Source of the DNA: Monocercomonoides exilis PA203
Lineage: Eukaryota; Protista; Preaxostyla
Length of the DNA stretch: 64,000 bases
Direction of reading: 5' to 3'
NCBI GenBank assembly: GCA_001643675.2
Contig: LSRY02000001.1
Location: 2,046,001-2,110,000 of the forward strand
Every line of letters begins with the position of its first letter. Position 1 is the first letter of the stretch. The position numbers and the translations under genes were made by a program. This document shows, piece after piece, positions 60,011 to 64,000 of the stretch. The notes under the pieces were generated by a model, which searched no databases, was not told where the DNA came from, and saw only the letters and a program-made list of their open reading frames with translations.

Positions 60011-61418
60011 ATGAAAGACTCCATTAACAGAAAAGTTTTCGAGTTTGTAATTTATTTCTTTTATTTGATCTTTTTGTTTTGAGAGTATTTCTTTTCTTTT
60101 TGAAGAATTATTTTCTGAATTAGAAGATTGCGATGAGGATGAACAGAAAGCGAAAATCGTAGAGATGAATGAAGTTATAGAAGAGATGGATGAAGAAGGA
60201 CTTGAATCTGTGGTCACAGCAGAGGTGTTCAATGGAATTTACACAATGATCGAAGAAAAGAAAGTAACAATGAAAAATATATTGTTGTTGTTGAAGCACG
60301 TTGGATGTTGCAAAGTGCTAAAAAGAGTATTTATTGATGAATTTGAAGTAACTTCGTTGAACAAAAGATTTGAGAAGATGATTATTGATGAAAATGAGAA
60401 AAAAAAGGATGAAAAGAACGAAAAGCTGCTGACTGATCTTTGTGAATGCTATCTTTTGCTAAACGAAGAATTTCCTTCAGAATTGCTTTCAATATGTGTG
60501 CGTTGCATTCTGAAAGAAGCGCTGAACAAAGAGGAAAACGAAAAAGCACAAAAAGAAGTGGAAATGGCGTTGCTTGCATTGAGCAAATGTTTCTATTTTG
60601 GAGTTTGCTTTTCTTTTTTAATTTTGATAAAATTGAAATTTTTCATTTTTGTTGAGAAATTGGATAAAGAGCTATATTTGGGCGAGATCAAAGAAATTGT
60701 CCAATATCACCAGGAACATCACAACCTCACTCGACTTGCTTACCAGTCTGCTTGGAAATTATTAATGAGCCGATTTTACTTTAACAAAAGCTTGGAGGAT
60801 GAAATTGTGAATGAGCTGCATTTTGTGAGAGAAACAAGAAGAGAACTGGAGGAGCTTTCAAAGTGTGTGGATTGGAAGAGAAAAAAAGTGGAAAGAGAAA
60901 AAGAAACGAAAGAAGTGATTGTTTTGATGAAATGGCTGCAATTATTGGAGTTTTTCTTTCGTTTCTGCTCATTTTGGAATGAAGAATTTGTTGGGCTTTT
61001 TGGCAACGTTGTTCAGTTATTTCGAGCATCAAGTGGCAATCACAGAGAAATAAGAGGGGAATGCATTGATTTTTTTCGAGCAGCAGCTGAAAATAAAATT
61101 ATGAAAGTTGAAGGCTTGTTGAAAGGAAGAGCTATTGATGTAATGATGGAGGAAATTCAGCAGCCAACGTTAGATGACGCAAATGCGTTTCGTATCTTGC
61201 GATTCTTTTTGATTATTTCGGAAAGATTGAAAAAAAAAGAGATTTTTGAAACTGACGAAGCGAAAAGAAAGGCAACGAAAAGAAAGATATTTGAAAAGCT
61301 GGAAGAAGAAGGATGCGAAGATACCTTCACAAGCCTTTATGGAGAAATTTCTTTTATTAATGATAAATGTCATGATGCATTATCGTTGACTATTTCTGAA
61401 TATTTTGTGATTATTTGA
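60011..61418 (+). CDS. Expanded acidic helical family member (KLFSELEDC family), 2 introns
   Basis: TPLTEKFS/intron 60043-60105/KLFSELEDCDEDEQK. Second, in-frame stop-free intron 60603-60656. ATG at 60011 is 1 nt out of frame with exon 1, so the start is uncertain. Confidence 0.75.
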
Positions 61419-62594
61419 AGAAATGAAATATCATTTTGTTAACAAATATTTCCTTCTTTTCTTTTTTTAATCGTTTCAAAAAATCAAAAACAAGCGTTTA
61501 TTTGGAGATCTTTTCAGAGTTGTTTTTTCATATTTTCCTTCTTCGAAATGGAATAAAGCAATTTAATAAAAATGAAGAAAAGAAAAGAAAAAACGAAAGA
61601 AGAGAGAAAGAGAGAGAGAAAGAAGAAAATAAGAAAGAAAGAAAGGTCAAAAGAAAAATAAAGAATGCATTTGATAGCGCAATTCAAAGTGAAAATGGCA
61701 GCTTTGCAGCAAAGCTTCTCTATTGTCCATCTTCTGAATCTGCAAGCTTACATAAACGTCAAAAACAGTCATATTTTATTTTCCTGTTGAAATGTACATC
61801 TTTATTTGGCATCTTAAGAACTGAACTGCATTTTGCCTCTCTGATTGATAACATGGCTGATCCATTAATCTGATTCATTGAATTGTTTGATGAGTTTGTG
61901 CTTTCCCTCCGAATGACAGCACAGAAAACCAAATGGCTTTCTTCTTTGCCCAGAAACTTGACTATAAATCGATACAGGTTTCACAGACGCATATTAGAAT
62001 TTTTAATGTTGACACTGAGGATAAAAAGTACATAATCACCAATTGGCTTCAATAGCCCAGCTGAATTGCTAAATGCTTAGAATAAAGCAAATTAATTCCG
62101 AAGAAAAAATGGCTTCTAAAGAATGTAAAGTTGCAACTTCAAGCAAAATTATTAAATCAAATAAATATGACTTTTCAGAGGCCGAGAAAAATTGATAACA
62201 ACTGATGGAAGATGGAGAAAATGTTGATTTTCAAACATATTTTTCAGGAATCTTTTGTTGGATTTAGAATGGAAAATGAATCATGTAACATTCACAAAAT
62301 GATATAAGTGGCAACCTTTGAAAACGCAACGCTGATTAATAAAATACAAAAAACGTAGAGCAAATAGGAATATGCAATAAATTCCAGCCTTGAAAACATA
62401 GTATTTTATGGAATAAATTAATAATTCATCATAAAAAATATATATTAATTATGGTTAAATAATCTTTGAAGGTTTTGCCAATGAAAATTGCAATGTTGTA
62501 ATTGTGAAACGATAACAAACTCACAAGTTTGATATCAAGAATACGATCTTAAGCCATAATATTGTCACTAAATAATTGAAGAGGTTGAAATTTC

Positions 62595-64000
62595 ATGTTA
62601 AAATCGAGAGTGTATCTTGTTTTAGTTATTTTTTGCGCATTGTTTTAAACAAAAGAAGCACAAACAATAACTTCTATTTATAATGTTAAAAATGGAGTAG
62701 ACAGAGCATCAGCAAATAAAACAAAAGAAATTTCATTGAAGCATGTTGCTATTTACGTGGGTCAAAGTGGCACCTCAGATGCAAATGGGGAAACATTTGA
62801 AACACCAGTGAATACTCTGGTAAAAGCAAACACTTTGCTTACAGGCGATCCAGCTGAAGGGGGATATCACATTGAAGTTATTGCAACTGGCGAAGTTCCT
62901 GCAAGTGAAGCTGTAACATTTAACAAAGAAAAGGGAATCACTATTGTGGGAGTCGAAGAACAGGGAAATGAAGGTGAAGACCAAACAGAAATCGAAGCAA
63001 AGGCAACAATTGTTTGCTCTATTGGAGATGACGTTGTTCTTTTCACTTGCACGCAAACAGTAGAATACAGGAAAATCTCTTTTAAGTTTGGAACACTTAC
63101 AGGAACGAATTCATTGATTCATGCAACAGATGCTTCAGCTTCGCTGAGTTTGATTAGCTGCGATTTTGTGCGACCTACCCCACTGAAATCTGGAAGAAAT
63201 ACTGAAGGAGACGAACCACAAGCACTGGGAACCATTCTTGTGAAAGTGGAAGCAGGCACATTGACGATGGAGACAGTTATAGGCACAGCCTCTTATAATC
63301 CAGCTTTGTTTTTAACATCGCCGTTTTTGATTACCGGAGTGAAGACGGTTTCTTTGAAAATTTACAATTGTAAGAGATTACATCGAAAACAGGCCCTGTG
63401 ATGAAAATTGTTGGAGGAAGTGGGAAGAGCATTGCAGTGACGTTGGACGGCTGCAAATTTCCAAAATGTGCATCAGAAGAAGAAGCAGCAGAACCACAAA
63501 CGGCAAAAAGCGGAGCGTTGTATATTGAAAGCAGCAATCTCGCCAGTACATTTGCAATCCTCGATACAGCCGCGACAGCATTTGTTTCATGCGCCTGCAC
63601 CAATGGGAAGTCTGGAGGAATTTATCTGAAAATGACAGGAATTATAGAAGCTTCTTAATTGGTATGGCCAGGTACAGAAAGCAATTTGGTGTTTAGTGGA
63701 TGCAAAGCTTACAATAATCCATTGCAGATTTGTTCAACCACATGAAAATGAAAGCGAAAAAGAGAATGTTGTTGATTTTCATCTTGTGAAAGTGAATGGA
63801 GGCGCTTTAAATATGAGCAACGTGGAATGTGTTGATGAGAGCAACAAAGCTTCATTTCAAAATCCTCTGATTGATATTGAATGAGCGAAAGAGGTAACAC
63901 TGAAAGAAGTGAAGGTGAGCAATGTTAAAGTTGAAGATGGAGCAGCGATCAGTATAGCAGATGGAAGAGAAGAGGCATCGAGTGCGGTGATTGACGGGCT
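62595..64000 (+). pseudogene. Disrupted 5' part of a secreted or surface beta-helix-like protein (runs off right edge)
   Basis: Signal peptide MLKSRVYLVLVIFCALF is cut by TAA at 62646, in frame with 62736..63401. IYVGQSGTSDANGETFETPVNTL cap motif, SGALYI and SGGIYL. Frameshifts near 63360 and 63695; TAA at 63656. Confidence 0.7.

Overview
AT-rich eukaryotic genomic DNA with short GT-AG introns, microsatellites and many decayed DNA transposons. The gene families resemble those of the oxymonad Monocercomonoides (inference, not verified). Intact genes: (i) two giant single-pass receptor-like proteins (18886-26328 minus, 38223-47432 plus) with 4-5 tandem Cys-capped beta-helix-like ectodomain modules, one TM helix and a catalytically dead kinase-like domain that appears to be C-lobe only; two further family fragments lie at the window edges; (ii) a 9-domain divergent polyubiquitin-like protein with no Gly-Gly site; (iii) a 2.8-kaa low-complexity protein. 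Also present are copies of an expanded acidic helical family, one near-intact and the others disrupted. Decayed loci: a large USP deubiquitinase (catalytic Cys replaced by His, plus stops) and transposases of three superfamilies (Sola-like, pogo/DDE_1, Merlin/IS1595). Non-coding structure: three related ~241-bp MITEs with 4-bp TSDs, one with different termini on both arms; a related 206-bp MITE; a 658-bp Merlin-type MITE with a perfect 8-bp TSD; and an inverted terminus pair possibly bounding a 14.3-kb cargo-carrying element. No rRNA, tRNA or CRISPR was recognised. All alignments and translations were done by eye.
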